Shown here piece by piece: positions 26,591 to 40,637 of a stretch of DNA of 64,000 nt; within the stretch, counting starts at the first letter, position 1; every line of letters begins with the position of its first letter. The DNA comes from Kudoa neothunni (taxonomy: Eukaryota; Animalia; Cnidaria), in the NCBI GenBank assembly GCA_964304625.1, contig OZ199838.1, positions 6,053,944 through 6,117,943 of the forward strand, read 5' to 3'. The position numbers and the translations under genes are program-made. The notes beneath the pieces are model-generated. The model did no database searches, was not told the origin of the DNA, and saw only the letters and a list, made by a program, of their open reading frames with translations.

Positions 26591-26699
26591 CTATGATATT
26601 TGTGGAACTATACATTTTCCAACTTCCAATGAATTTTGGAATAGAAAAATTCCTCATAATTTTTTAATTTTCTTTGCGAAGATTAAAGATGAAATTATT

Positions 26700-27040
26700 T
26701 TGGATTATATAATAAATTCTAGGATTTTCTGTGGTCTAGATTTTATGATATAACGCTTACAAACTGTAAATATATCACGTAATTCCGAATACAATACAAG
26801 TGAGTTTTCGGTGATGTTCTGGGAGAAAATTCTTGGAATAATGGGAACCAAAAATCTTAAGTCTCCTTCAATCCCTATTTCATGGATATTTTGTGGGAAA
26901 AATTCTCGAATTAAATATCAAGAAGCGAATTTTGTCCAAAAAAACTAACGTTGTGTGTGCAATATGTAATGAATATTATTGTAAGAATCATTTAACTCTC
27001 CCTGTCGGAACGGGGTCCGCGTGGACCCAAAATCCGACTA
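26700..27040 (+). mobile_element. piggyBac 3' transposase fragment interrupted at TTAA by another piggyBac-like end
   Basis: KTNVVCAICNEYYCKNHL (Cys-rich domain) ends at TTAA, followed by CTCTCCCTGTCGGAACGGGGTCCGCGTGGACCC. Confidence 0.6.
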
Positions 27041-27267
27041 CAATGGGTGACGGGTAATACGTACTTTTGCTTTTTCATATAGAATTTACTACTTGTTGAA
27101 CACATTACTCAAGTTGACATGTATAAACTTAATTTAGTTGAATTTTGATACCTGGAAAATAATTCACAGACAAAAATCAATAAAATTTTGAAATTTAAAC
27201 GCATTGTTGGCGAATTCGCATTTATTCTCCGATCCCGAAAGGATTACGTATTACCCGTCACCCACTG
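27041..27267. mobile_element. 227-bp MITE with TA target duplication
   Basis: TA|CAATGGGTGACGGGTAATACGTA ... TACGTATTACCCGTCACCCACTG|TA; 23-bp TIR with 1 mismatch. Confidence 0.88.
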
Positions 27268-27668
27268 TAATTTTAGCCAAATTTTCGATAAACTAATCTA
27301 AACCATCCGTAAATTTCGGATTTTCTCTAAAAACAATTCATTTTCAAAAATTATTATCGGCTAATATTAATGATTTTTGTGCGTTTAGAGATAAAAATGT
27401 TTCGTTTTTAAAGAAAACACACATATACTGAGAAAATTTATTTTTCTCATATAATTTTAGATTTAAAGATTTAGAATTTAATATTTAATTGAGTAGATGA
27501 TGAAACTTCGCTTATTATAGAATTTTGCCTCAGATCACCGAGTCTTAATCCCAAAATAACTTATCTACTTTTCGTTACTATAAGCTCGTCGATAGAAGGA
27601 TGTAAGTAGTTCCTCCGTTAAACATTTAATTTTAAGGATTTTTAAGGAGAATCGACAAAGTAGTTTAA

Positions 27669-29453
27669 CCTTCCAAATAAAATTGGGGTGTATTTCGACC
27701 CCACATTTTTTTAATTTTTGTATAGCAAATATAAATTAAGCTGTTTATACAAATTTTAAGCAATATTCATCGACAATGTATTGTAAAATAACATAATAAA
27801 ATTGCTAATGTCATATTGCGCGTGCGCTATTAATTGAAGAATCCAATTTTTTAATTATTCATTTATACCTAGAATAAATAAAAGCCAGTATATGCGCTTA
27901 AAATTTTATTTGTTCTTAATTTTTAATATTTTAAACAGTTAAAAAATTATTAAACAAATCTTATTTCGATATAAATAAGACAAGATGTTAAATAACAGAA
28001 ATCGTATTATAAACAATTCAAACAAACAGTTTTAGAATGTTTTCTACAACATGACGCGTTGCAACTACGACAGTTTGCTGAGACTTTATGACCTTTCTTT
28101 CGCACAATTGACTCCTTTTCTTCGCGTTTTTAAAGCGCTTGTCAACTCTTCAGCTATCCTTTTTAAATAATTTTTCCTGCTTATGTTGGCTTGATGAAAT
28201 ATTTCCTTATGAACTGAAACCCCATTTATCAATGAAATATCAACCATGTTGTAGAATACAATCAGGGACCAGCGTCTAATGAATCTTCTTACACTTACCG
28301 GTGCAAGTAATCGAGAAATAGTATCAACTCCACCTTTGCAGAGTTATAATGGACTATTACATTAGGTTTATAGGGCTCCTCTTCGGAAACTTCGGTATTA
28401 CATACATAGGTTGAACTAGGATCAACTGCGAGAAAAAACCTAATACCATATTCGGCTATTTTGATGGGCATGTATTGCTTAAATGGGCGGACTACGTGTA
28501 AGCAAATCACTCCAAATAGTCCATAAGTCCCGAATATGGCAAAATTTACTAGACTCTTCTCAGCTCCCGAGTCGCCAGATCATCAAAGTGGAGAGCCCTT
28601 GCAATTCGTTTGAATCTATTAAGACAAATAAGGTCTCTATAAATTTGTCGACCTTTGTCAACTCCAAATAACTCCGAAATGGATTCCTGTAGGTCTTTAT
28701 AGATAGCCATTAACAACAGGCATCCAATATAACCTTCAAATTCGGTTTCATCTAAATTATCCCAACTACTGCCAAAGTCATTAGCACCAAATAAATTTTT
28801 AAATTTTAGGGTCAGATCGTAAACTTCTTGATTCAAAAATAGTCAGAAAGTATCAATTAAATTAGTCACGCTCAAAAAGACGAAAGGTGACACGCCAGGA
28901 CGATTATTCAAAATATTTTCTGATCCAGTTCTTGAAATTATAGGTTTATTAACTGACCACAAAGTTCCATTTTTGTCAATCAAAGGATCGGTGGTCAATT
29001 CAACGTCATCATCAGATTTATCGGATGATATTTCACTATGAAGTGAATTTTCGGCATCGAGATCAACAAAATCGGGGCGACTATCGCAGTAATCAGAAGA
29101 ACTCATTGTTTTAAAGATTACGCGGGCGCAATACACGATGACCACTAATATATTGTTCTTTATTTAGTGTTTTAAGGATTAAATTCCTTTAAACCTCAAA
29201 TATAAATATTATCTTTTATTTCTTACAATTTTACTAAAAAACTGGAGTCTATTTATACCCTACTTTTATTTTGGTGTTTTTTATTTAATTTTTTTTATTT
29301 TTTAAAACACGAATATTTTATTATATTTTTATAAAGATTTCAATAATATAGAAGATTACATGAAGTTAAAATCAAATTAACCTAATCATTTATGTTGAAA
29401 AAATGACCTTAAACATGCGTGAGGTCGAAATACACCCTATTTTATTTAGAAGG
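27669..29453 (-). mobile_element. piggyBac transposon, internally deleted and inactive
   Basis: About 36-bp TIRs CCTTC(C/T)AAATAAAAT..GGGTGTATTTCGACC(C/T)CAC; flanks TTAA/TCAA; transposase fragments NRFKRIARALHFDD, PFKQYMPIKIAEYGIRFF, KPNVIVHYN, RRWS and C-terminal CRSC..CCRKH. Confidence 0.92.
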
Positions 29454-29929
29454 TCAAATATAGTGGATTTTTTTTTGTTTTAGTAATCTTTTGAATTATG
29501 AAAACTTACTTCTTATTTTATTAAATTTACAGCGGAAAATTTTTAAAACCAGAGCAATACAGTGAAAATTAAAAATTACATAACAGACATAATACAACGA
29601 AACTAGTTTTCTAATAACAAATTAAGTCTGAAAAAAAGAACGTATACATCAAATATCAAGAGTTAATTTCAACTGTGTCTTTTATATATGCCTTAAAAAT
29701 TACGGTAAATTACAAATTAGAGCCGAGACATCTTCATTCATTTTAATAAATAAATCGTTAATTTGTTGTTTCCCGTTTTATACGATCATGCTGCCGCTCG
29801 GATCAATTTTATTTATGATTTCTTCTTTTAAAGTGGTTTTCATTTTTCAAATTACTTTTTTTTCAGTTTAAATATGTTTAATTTTAATTTTTTATACCAT
29901 TAAATAATTTCTTAATTTTAAATAGCCGA

Positions 29930-30230
29930 TATTTGTGCATTATGGACTCTGTCTTGAAGCCTACTAACGTTCTATAATCAATTGAATTGCCTATGCAGAA
30001 CATCTTATAAATAGTTGAAAATAGTATAAAGCATGGAACTAATAAATTAGAACCATTAAGACAGTTTTTTCCGCGTCATACAAGATGGGTTAGTAAATGT
30101 TTGTGAATCTTGTTTGCTTTTAATGCGGCTTATTTGAGGCACAAAAAATAGACTATGAAGTTATGTAGATTGATATTTTAATTTTAAAGACTTATGTTGG
30201 AAGAACATACAATAAATGGAAATCAGAGTT
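29930..30230 (+). mobile_element. hAT transposase relic
   Basis: FVHYGLCL (cf. YVHCxAHxLNL) and HTRWVSK (TRW motif). Confidence 0.45.
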
Positions 30231-33200
30231 AAAAGCTAATGCGACGATTGCTCACTAAAGTGTTGTTCGTAGGTTTAATGATATTATTAACGAACTTATT
30301 CATTCTGTAACACTTTATTCTCTTTTTGTATCCATTAAAATCTTCAATATTCCTTCTTACGAAACTTTTTTGTAACAAATGATAGAATAAAAATTTGGAA
30401 TATTTTTGTACCTCAGGATTCATTGGAATGCAGTTGATTTTCGGTACATTCGAGAATTAAAGTAATTTGGTGTCAACCTAGCTTTAATACAAGTAGAATC
30501 TTTTGAATGGTTTTTATTTGAAAGACAGCGACTAAGAATGCCACTATATAGTCATTTATCTTGTTGGCCCAATAAGCTATTTAGTTTCTATCGACTACAG
30601 TACTGAGCCTGAATTCAAAATCGAACTTGTATTAGCATTTAAAAGGCGATCGTCCATCAACTTATGTGCTGTCATTTGCAAAAACCAATAAACTTCACGT
30701 GCTACACATGGATTCATCAAAAAATATAAATAAAAATTGTAGTTAATAGTAAATTATTGATTACTTTTTGAAGTTTGCATGAGGTGGCAATGTTAGATTT
30801 ATTATGCCAAGGAGAGTTTTGTTAAAAAAATTGGGTGTTGCAATCAACACCGCCATAATGAAATCATACTCGACCCCTATATGAAGCATTCCGCAGTAGA
30901 AATGGAATATGTAATGCCCCGCGCGCATGTATCATAAAATAATGAAATTAAGAAATTTTATTTTATCTATAATATACAAGTAAATGTAAACAAATAATAA
31001 AACCAGAAAATTATATAATTTAAAGAACGTATGTATTATCTGTAAATTTTTTATATAAAACTCATAAATGTTAGGTATATAAATCATGTTATACACTAAT
31101 TTTAAGGTTTTTATTATTTGTTTATTTGTCGAATATAATGTGGATGATTAATGCTATAACACATTTAATGATTTTTTATTTAAATTAAATAATTTGTTGA
31201 TAAAACTAAAACACTTGATTATAATTTCTTTAGTTATATTTATATTCTTATTTTAAAAAAGTAACAGTTGTAATATTAGATAACTAGTCACAAGTTGTTT
31301 TACGACTAACCATAGGTATTGTTCTAATTGAAACGCTCAAAAAATGAACGAATAAGCATATAAAAAGTTTTAGTATTATATTCATTTAGATAAACCGAGT
31401 TTAATTTTATTAAAATTGTATTTCTGAATATCTGTAATAGGAATAATAATAATAATAAAGGTCGAACTGTGAAGTGAACAAAATAATATTATCAAATAGG
31501 GCTCTCACGAATTGTCGAAAAAATAAATTTTTTATATTATAGTTCAAGATTTTAAAATTACTTAGAATGAGCTACATGGTAAAAATGCAAAACAACACAT
31601 AATTTGGAATATAGCTGCGCGCGCGAATGTATAGCAGGTCTACAATGTTCGTATTTGTGGTTACACCTTTATTACTGATATGCTTATGAGAGAAAAATCC
31701 CCATTCTTTAGCGGAATAATAATATCCTTATTTAAAATTGAAGTATATCACAGATTTGTGCATTCTCGCTTGCATAATTATTATATATACGTCTATTTAA
31801 TTAATTTTGCATAACGAGACTAAAATCGACTTAAGTTCGAATAAATGCGGATTGTCTTTCATCCCAGCGCGAATGTGACACAGATAATAAAATAATTTTT
31901 AAATATATGTGTGGTTTTTATAACATATTTCTACAAGCATATGCTATCAGCAAATCTCTTTTGAATATTTACTCCTTAAGTTAATTATGAAAATGATTGT
32001 GAAGCTTATTATACATCATCTGTGATTTAATTTTGTTGGCAAACATCTCATGGTTTATTGATAACGTTGCTACGAACTCCATGAGGTGAATCGGATTCTA
32101 TGATATGGTTCTTCGTCATATGGTAGCGGCTCTCAATTCATTTTAGTTTCTGCAACCCCTACCGCTTACGAGAACAGCCCCGGGTCCCTTCCACAACAAG
32201 ATTTAATAATGGATTTATTTTTAGACGGATAAAAGATTTCTATTAAAATTCAATGGAAAAAGTTCCGTTAATTTAACAGTAAAACAAATGTAAATAAAAT
32301 GAATACAACTGATAATAAATTAAATTTTTTGACTGTTTTCATGTTTCGGACAATGATTAATGTCAAGACGGGGATTTTTATTAACCAAAAGTAAGCATAC
32401 ATCATAGTTCGTGAAGGAAGAATATATTAATATTTTGAGCTAAAATTTATGTGAATAGATGCGCTTGCACGGTACGTTATTTTTTGTAGTCATTTGTTGT
32501 AATTATAAATTTAAAAATCGACTGAGGAAAATAAACATGTAACACATTCTCGAATTTAAGGTTTTAGTTCCTATAATTTTTGAATGTCAATTTATACTAA
32601 ATTGAAGTATAAAAATCTAAAAAACTTCAACAACAAATAAAAAATTTAATCTTGAATCCTAATTAAAATGTAATTCTTATTTGTCTTATAATTCACTTAA
32701 ACAATATATAACACGATTTTTAAGAATTAAACCGATCTTAAAGCATATAATTTGTTTATCTTTTCCATCAAAAAGTTAATATTTCATCAATTTTTACACT
32801 CGACTATAAATAATTAACAAATTAATTTATTTATAAATGACACGCAATAAATTGGCATTGTTATTTAATATATCAATAAATAAAAAAATAATTAATTTTC
32901 AATAAAACAAAACCAATGACCATTTGTTTGTCAGACTTATTTCAGTCTTGATCGCACATGGTATATTTTCGAGCGAGGTTCTGCCTACTCAGAATCGGTA
33001 CATTACGTATAAAACATGTTTGGCCATATAATTTTTCCGCTGACTCAAGGTGTGAGTCTTGGATCACCGATAATTGTCTCTCGGCCCTTTATGGTTCCGA
33101 AAACCCCCAATTGATAATCGATAAGCCCTGTCATATGGAGATATTAATTTTTCTAATTGAAAGTATTCTATCCATGAAATAGGGTTAAATGATTTGGCCA

Positions 33201-34034
33201 AGTTTAATATTTTAGGGAATTAAATTTTTGAGTGTGTTGTGAACTCTCTACAATATTTCACCTAAAAATACTTGGCCTTTCTTATCGATTCCGCCGAAAA
33301 CACACTGGTTCTAGGTCTGGCACTGACTGATTCGCTAGTAATCGTTCAACGTTACACTAATATTATCAATTTTTCGGAATAATTGCGAAAGTAATTTATA
33401 TAAACATTCGGAGGAAAATTCGTCCTATTTACTGTTGGGTTGGATGTCATTCCGATTAAATTTTATAGGACAATCTGCAACGAACAAATCTTTGAAAAGC
33501 AGAAATATATGTTTAAAAATCATACAAATGTGCAAGCAGCTATCTTAGAATATTCCCTAACGTTATCATTTAATCCTGTTTAATGAAATTATTATTGTTT
33601 TATCATTTGAAAAATTTCATATATCTTTTGATGAATTTTGAACTTAGCCAAAAATTTATTAAAAATAGGAGTTAAGTAATGTTAAACATACAATATTTGG
33701 AATATTCTTATTTATATCGAACTTATTAAATTTTTATTTTATATTCAAAAGAAAATGACGTTATCTACATTCTCTAATTACTCTCTTCGAAACAATTATC
33801 AAAACTTCTTGTTAATTCATGCTTAAAATAATGCCGACAATAAAACTTTTGGTTAAATTCATTACAACACACTTAGAATAATTTAGGTTAAGTTTTAATT
33901 TAATGGGATCATTAATGTTTTTAATGACAATAAATGAACCAGAATATGGAATGAATTTAGAAAAAAATTATCGGCATATTTTGCATCCATACCACACTAG
34001 AAACGATTTATAAGAACCCTACCAAAATTATACA

Positions 34035-35216
34035 CAGTAAGGTCTCGATATTGCGAGGTTTGATGGTTTGATATATGGTAGTCGACATTTTTTTCAAATT
34101 TCTGTAACTAACATTGTAACCTTTTCGATGTGTATAATCTTCTACTCTAGCGTTATGCCCAGAAATACGAAATAACATTTTAAAACGTGTTTTTTGTAAA
34201 ATTCAGGGTCTTGCTGTTGGGCAATGGTTTCTTCAAATTTTAATCCGATTAATCCACTAAATTACACATTCGAACGTTTGGTATTATGATTCAATTATCT
34301 CAATTTTAAATGCCAAAAAATTATTCTATAGCGCCATAAAATATCATGAATTCTGTTATTGTGAGTTGTATTCAAATTAAAATTAGTTATCCTCCTCCGA
34401 ATAGAATTTTATCTAATACATCTGATATAATGAACTCCAATGTTGTTCTCTCAATAAAGGAATTACAAATAACAAACACATCCAACTTCAAATTGCGTTA
34501 TATGACTGGATTGTGTCAGAACATCAAAAAAGACAAATATTCTGGTTTTTATCACTGAGAAGGGAAAACTTTTTGCTGATGATCTCAAATCATTGGTTTA
34601 AGTGGAAAAAAGGTTCCCTGGAAAATTTTAAGATTCGCTTTTGTTCAAACATTCACTCTTCGTAGAGAAGGGAGGAAGTTGATGATAATATTGTTAATGA
34701 TTAGGTAATCAAATTTTATTAGGTAAAACGTAGATTTGAAAAAGAAAACATATTAAATCTCGATGAGACGGCTTTTTTCTAAGAACATTGCACTTAGCGA
34801 ACGCATGATATAAAGAAGGAGTTTGGAGGAAATGAACTGAAACAATCAAAAACCCTGTAATAGAATTATAGAGTACTTAATTTATAGAGATAAAATTTCC
34901 ACATAGTGCCATTGTTAAATTTAAAGAAACCCCTTGTTTTAAAAGAATTTATGAATTTACTGTTAAATATTAACGATCGAAAAAATGACTAGGTATCTTC
35001 AACTTCGCGAAAGATGAAGAAAAGTTTGTATATTATTAGATAAATGTCTTTCACATTTTTAATTTAATAATAAAAACAAGACAGATAATTTTTTCGTTAA
35101 AAAATAAAAAATTTATTCTAATGGCGCGTGCGTGAAACCTCGATATTGGCACTGATTTCTTATTGGGCAGTGAAAGCTCAGGTCCCGATTTAATGCGCAA
35201 TATCGAGACCTTACTG
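34035..35216 (+). mobile_element. Tigger/pogo transposon relic
   Basis: 21-bp perfect TIR CAGTAAGGTCTCGATATTGCG; TA at the right flank; ENILNLDETAFF (first catalytic D motif) at about 34745. Confidence 0.88.
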
Positions 35217-36464
35217 TACTTTCGAAATCGACTTGCGCCCATTTAAATAAAGGACCTATCATTTGTGACTAAGTATTATAATTAGAGCTTTCTATGGCTC
35301 TTGACTTAATAGTTACATTTAAGGACGAGGTGATTTTAATATTTCTTAAAAAATATTGTATAATCAAACTTACATAAAAAATTCATTTTACTATGATACT
35401 ACTAGTGGTTGCTAATTTTTTATATATTTATATCTCCTTTACACAAATATTGACAGTTTAGATAGAAGCATTTATTAACCGTGCTATAGTTTCATATGGA
35501 GCGAGCAAAACTCGTGAATAATAAAGCCTTATTAAATCGTTTTTAATTTTTCGTATCTGTTAATAATCTTGTTCATTTGTTGTGGAATCATTAATATTAT
35601 CAAGAAGATTTGCAAAAGTAGCTCTACCCGATAAAGAAGGATAGATGAATAAAGATTAAACGATAAACGTAAGCTGAAAGAATGATTCAAAATGTATAAT
35701 AAAAGAACAATTTTTTTAATAGTTTATCCTGAGATGCTTGAACTAATAAAAATTTCCAAACTTTTTCTACAAAATTATCAATACTGGTTTAAACTGTATT
35801 GAAACCTCAAAAATTGTTTTGTTAAAACTCAATCGTGAAACTGGCTTATCAGGTGCCCGATAAAGTATGTTTTAATGATGGGTTTAACAGTAAGAGAACA
35901 GATTGTGAGTGATTAATATCTTAAATGATAAAGGTTCTCACCCTGTATTGTATAAGTTACGTCTACTATCAATAAACATTACAGATTAAGCGAAATACTA
36001 AGAAATATTAACCATAATCTGAACATATCGTTATTTAAAGTTAATAATCAAGGATTCATGACGCCATAGACTCGTATAGTCTATTATAATGATAAGATTA
36101 TAGTTATCTCTTCTTTGCCTAGATTACGAAAGAGGAGTTAGTTGTGGTTGCCCCACTACCCAGCGCACCAATCTCTTATGTTATTCTTCCATGAGACAAT
36201 GCCAATATCGATCTCTGAGACTGAAAATTAACCACAGGATCGACGCAAGTTTTTTAAACTTTATTCAGAAACGCTCTCATACTGTCAACAACTAGTCTCA
36301 CTCACCTAGCTGTTTTTCAGACAATTATTAACGTTCGATGACAAGAAGAATGATGTTGCGGAGAAAATGAAAAACTCAAAATAAAATACATAAAAGGTAA
36401 AGGTAATTCTAGGATTAATGTAATTTGAAATTCCGAGTTTGAGCAATAGAAAGAATTGCTGTAT

Positions 36465-37439
36465 TTATTCCATGTTATCATAGTTGGGAACATATTCGGA
36501 AGATTCACTTGCTCCAGGGTTCAGATTTGGAAACATGGGATCCATCATCGGAGGATGGGTGAGTTGATTTTTTTCGGGTTTGGCACCCATCTCATCTTTC
36601 TTTTTCATAAAATACTCCATAGAAGGTTGTTGTTGGCTTTGTGGGTTGGATTCGTGTGTATGTGATGGGAAAATAGAATTCATGTAGTTGCTGTTGTGCA
36701 TGACGTTTGAGGTGTTCATCATTTGTCTATTGAAGTCGAAAGACCTATAATCACTGGTGACAGATGGTGGGCAATTTTGATTGGACATCCATGGAACGTG
36801 AAAGTTGTTAGAGTGAGCAATAGCCGGAGGAGGCATGTTATTGTTGGGCCCCATATTTTGCCACATATTCCACATTTGATTGGTATTCGGTTGCGGCATA
36901 TAGTTGTGACCTATGTCCATGTTAGTGGGATGACCACTGCTGATATCGGGTATAAGTGAGGAGCTCATATTTGAAGATTCGGTGTTGTAGTCGTTGTTTT
37001 TTGAGTCTCTTGAGTCCTCAATTTTGATCGATTTGAGTTGTTGTTCATTGCTGTTGCCACCTGTTTGTTTGGATCTATGTCTGTACTTGGCCCTTCTATT
37101 TTTGAACCAAACCTTGCAAGTTTACAATTAGAATATGATAATATGATAATAGGATTATTGGGTTATTTGATTGAGGAAAGATATTCGAATAATTATTGAT
37201 ATACTTGTACTCTGGATTCGGGTAGGTTGATTTTTTTGGCCACTTCCTCTCTCATAAACACATCAGGATAGTGAGTCCTGGAGAAGAGTTCCTCAAGCAA
37301 ATCTAGCTGCGACCTAGTGAAGGTTGTGCGTTCACGACGTTGTTTTCTAGGGTAGTCATTTTCTATTGATGTGGATGCATTTATGGGAGCACATTTCAAT
37401 ACAAAAGTTACCATGAGGAGGATAATTTCTTTGGTTCAT
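36465..37439 (-). CDS. otx: Otx/orthodenticle PRD-class K50 homeobox transcription factor, 3 coding exons
   Basis: Exons 37439-37412, 37362-37205 and 37112-36465 give [49 protein letters not shown]|[11 protein letters not shown], with the PRD-class intron position before VWFKN. Confidence 0.93.
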
Positions 37440-38050
37440 ATTATTACCATTATAGCAAGGAAAACTGTTCATTATAGACCTAAATATATCCAATTAAACC
37501 ACATTTACGCCAACAGCAATTTATATTATTGCAGTTATTAGTAAAGTTGTTAGATATATTGAAGTAATCTAATCACCAATAATTTCCTATTCGAACCTGT
37601 ACACACTTCGAATCGAATATCACTATCCAACCACATAGTGAGATATGTGGTTGGATAGAGAGAATGTTTGGATTCAATGTGATTTAAAATGGTGATAAAA
37701 CTAAAATCTGAAAAGATGATTTAACTAAGATACCTTAGGATTTAGATATAACAATTTAACGAGATAAAGTCTATTAAGGCGATGCGTCTTTTCTCAACAC
37801 AATCCACTCTTTGTTTGGCGAGGGGTAGTGTCGGAAGTTGACAGCTTAGAATTCTCACTTTTTAAGACGAAAAGCCACTTAATGGATTCTATATATCAGG
37901 TTATTTTGTCGAATTAACATGAATAACTGAATTGCTCAACATAACTATATTTTTGTCAGAGCTTTTCTCATTTAATGTGACCTGTTTTTCCGTGCGGAAT
38001 CCACTCAAACAACCGGGTTACTAACATTAGTATTTATGCTGGTGGCGGCC

Positions 38051-38275
38051 TAATCCACTATACATTGACAACAAGTATAGAAGTGGACTTAGGATTATCC
38101 ACCTGAACTCACCCTAAAACAATCCCATTTGCAACATCAACCAGGAGTCATATAACTCAATTATAGATCTATATTTAACAGTAGAAAATTTTTATGCAAT
38201 ATTATGAAGGGCGTGGGATTAAAAGTTTCACTCACGAATAATAAACAATAATTATTAATCTCTCATAATGGATTA
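38051..38275. promoter_or_regulatory. Cluster of K50 homeodomain sites (TAATCC/GGATTA) upstream of otx
   Basis: Sites at 38051, 38092, 38216 and 38270, plus TAATCT at about 38256 and a GGGCGTGG box at 38209. Confidence 0.5.
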
Positions 38276-40637
38276 AGTTTGTGACCACTAATAAAAGCTT
38301 AATAAAATATTAACCATATCTTTTCTCCTTAAAACAGTTGTAATAGACAACAATTATCGTTATAAACTAGTTGAAATTTAAGAACGCTTCAAGTTGATTA
38401 GCTTGGTGTGCCTTTTACGGCTGACCTCTAAATCAAACTCTGCGATAGTTTGATTTGTTTGTTGTTTAATAATGTAACGAGTTCTTTTTTAATTGAAAAT
38501 GTCGCCATAAATTAACCATATTATATTTTATTTAGTACATTTTGAATTAGTTTTTTTCACGTTCCCATAATTATGAGAAATATTTTATTCTCAACTTGTC
38601 GGTAGCCCAAAGTAATTACCATCAAATTCAACTTAATAATATGAAGTTTTTTCACTGTCATCCTATACATTCATATAAATATAACTCGCTTATTTTCACA
38701 CAAATTAAAATTATATTCTGCTTTAATAGTGTAAAAAATAAATGTGTCACACACAATTAATCCTTTTCTCATTGTTTCCGACTTTACACTGAACTGTGCC
38801 GATTGTTTAATTTTCGGCTGAGCAACTATCAAATATGCTTTGCTGTGTGTTTTTCTGACTGATATACATCTTTCGCCACCTTTTATTTTAAATATTGGTT
38901 TTTTGATTGAGGTTATGTTTTGTTCGGTTAAACAATTATTTGTTTCGATCAGGTGACTTTGATGCGATCAACGTAAGAGCATTTTCAGATTAGGTATTTT
39001 ATGCTTGTGGTTAATCTCTGGTTGAAACTAGTTGTGGCAAATACATTACGTAAAAGTTTACAACATTTGAAGTAATTGGTGAAGAAGTCATTGTTGCGCA
39101 TGCTTCTTCCCCCTTTTAGGGCAACTTTACCTTATCTGGATAATAACTAGGGCGTAGCTCATTATATTTTTAAAAGTCTTGAGAGGAATATTAAATATGT
39201 CATTCAAGCCGTTCATCCTTATCTCGATTAATCTATTAACTCTCTTATGTCAAATGTTTATAAATTGTTTATGTGGAACTAATAATGCAACTGTGGATTT
39301 AAAATCGTAATTCAATAGTTATTCTGCCAATTAAATATTTAAATAAATATAAGAATGATTATATGTAATTACTTATGAGACAGGTATCATTATTTTGATT
39401 TTTAATGGTTTAACCATCTTGTTGTTGTTTTGTTTTTACATGATAAACAAATCAAGAACTCCTTTAATTGGTATGAAGGCATCATTGTTAAGGGGTTTTA
39501 AATCGTTATTTTGTAAGGATCACGTGCGCTCATTTTTATATATTTTTTATTTAATTTTAGCGGTCAAACTGCTAAAATTGTTAAACTTTTTAAATAAATA
39601 CTTTCTTCAAAATGAACAACATTTATTTAAAGAAATATTTTTTTGTTCCATAATAACAGCCTAAATTATGGCATCTATATGATATAGTAGATCATTACTT
39701 AATAAACATGCATGCGCAAGCGCAATTAAATTAAATTAAAATTTTCAAAGGAAGTTACGTATATTGGAATGTAAATTTATTTATAAATACTTTTGTTGAT
39801 TGATTAATAAAAGAATTCAATGATCATCTTTATTGGAGAGTTTTAATAGTAAAGACATGTTAGTGATAAAGATCATATTCTTTACCTGAGTTTTAAGAAC
39901 AATATCATTTTTGGCATTAAAGTTAATATTCTTTTCATGCTAATTTTCCACGAATTTTATTTTGAAAGATAGATTTTTCGTTTTGAATTATCTCAACTTT
40001 ATTTAGATAAGACTATTTATTTTAAGATTACTTTTTTTGGTAACTGAATTTATATAATAAACGTAATTATCCCTCTCACATAATTCGTAGATATATGGGG
40101 AAAATTGATTTATTTATGAATAGAGAAATAATACTTTATTTTTGTGTTTTCTAAGAGAGAGTATGAGATTAGCACATCCAATTTTGTATAATAACAGATG
40201 GTTTTCACTGAATAATATCGCAAAATTTTTATTTTAACAGTCAAATATTTTGTTTACCAAGTATTATCTATAATTATAAATTAAAAGATTCAAAATACTT
40301 TTGTATCCAGCCCAAATAAAATTATTTTATTAAAATTTCACACAAACTGTAAATAGTCTAGTTTTTTAATATTGCGTTTTTAATTTTTAGATACTTTATA
40401 ATCACTATCTAATTTGTTGCTTACTAAAAATATGCGCGAAACCGAATAAATTCATTGTAAATCAATTCTTTGAATTGAAAAGAGGAACATTTAAGACAAG
40501 GTTCGGTCCATTATTGGAGTTCATTTTACGCTGATACGAGGATATAACTAAATATAAATTAAAATTTTCATTAACTCATGAAGACGACATGCATAAATTG
40601 TCACTTAACTTTCTAATTGTCATACCTTGCTATATAT

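Noticed and set aside
32830-33100. U6-like (ATGACACGCAA) and U2-like (TCTCGGCC) short matches
   Set aside because: Adjacent conserved snRNA sequence is absent; no tRNA, rRNA or snRNA is supported in the window.
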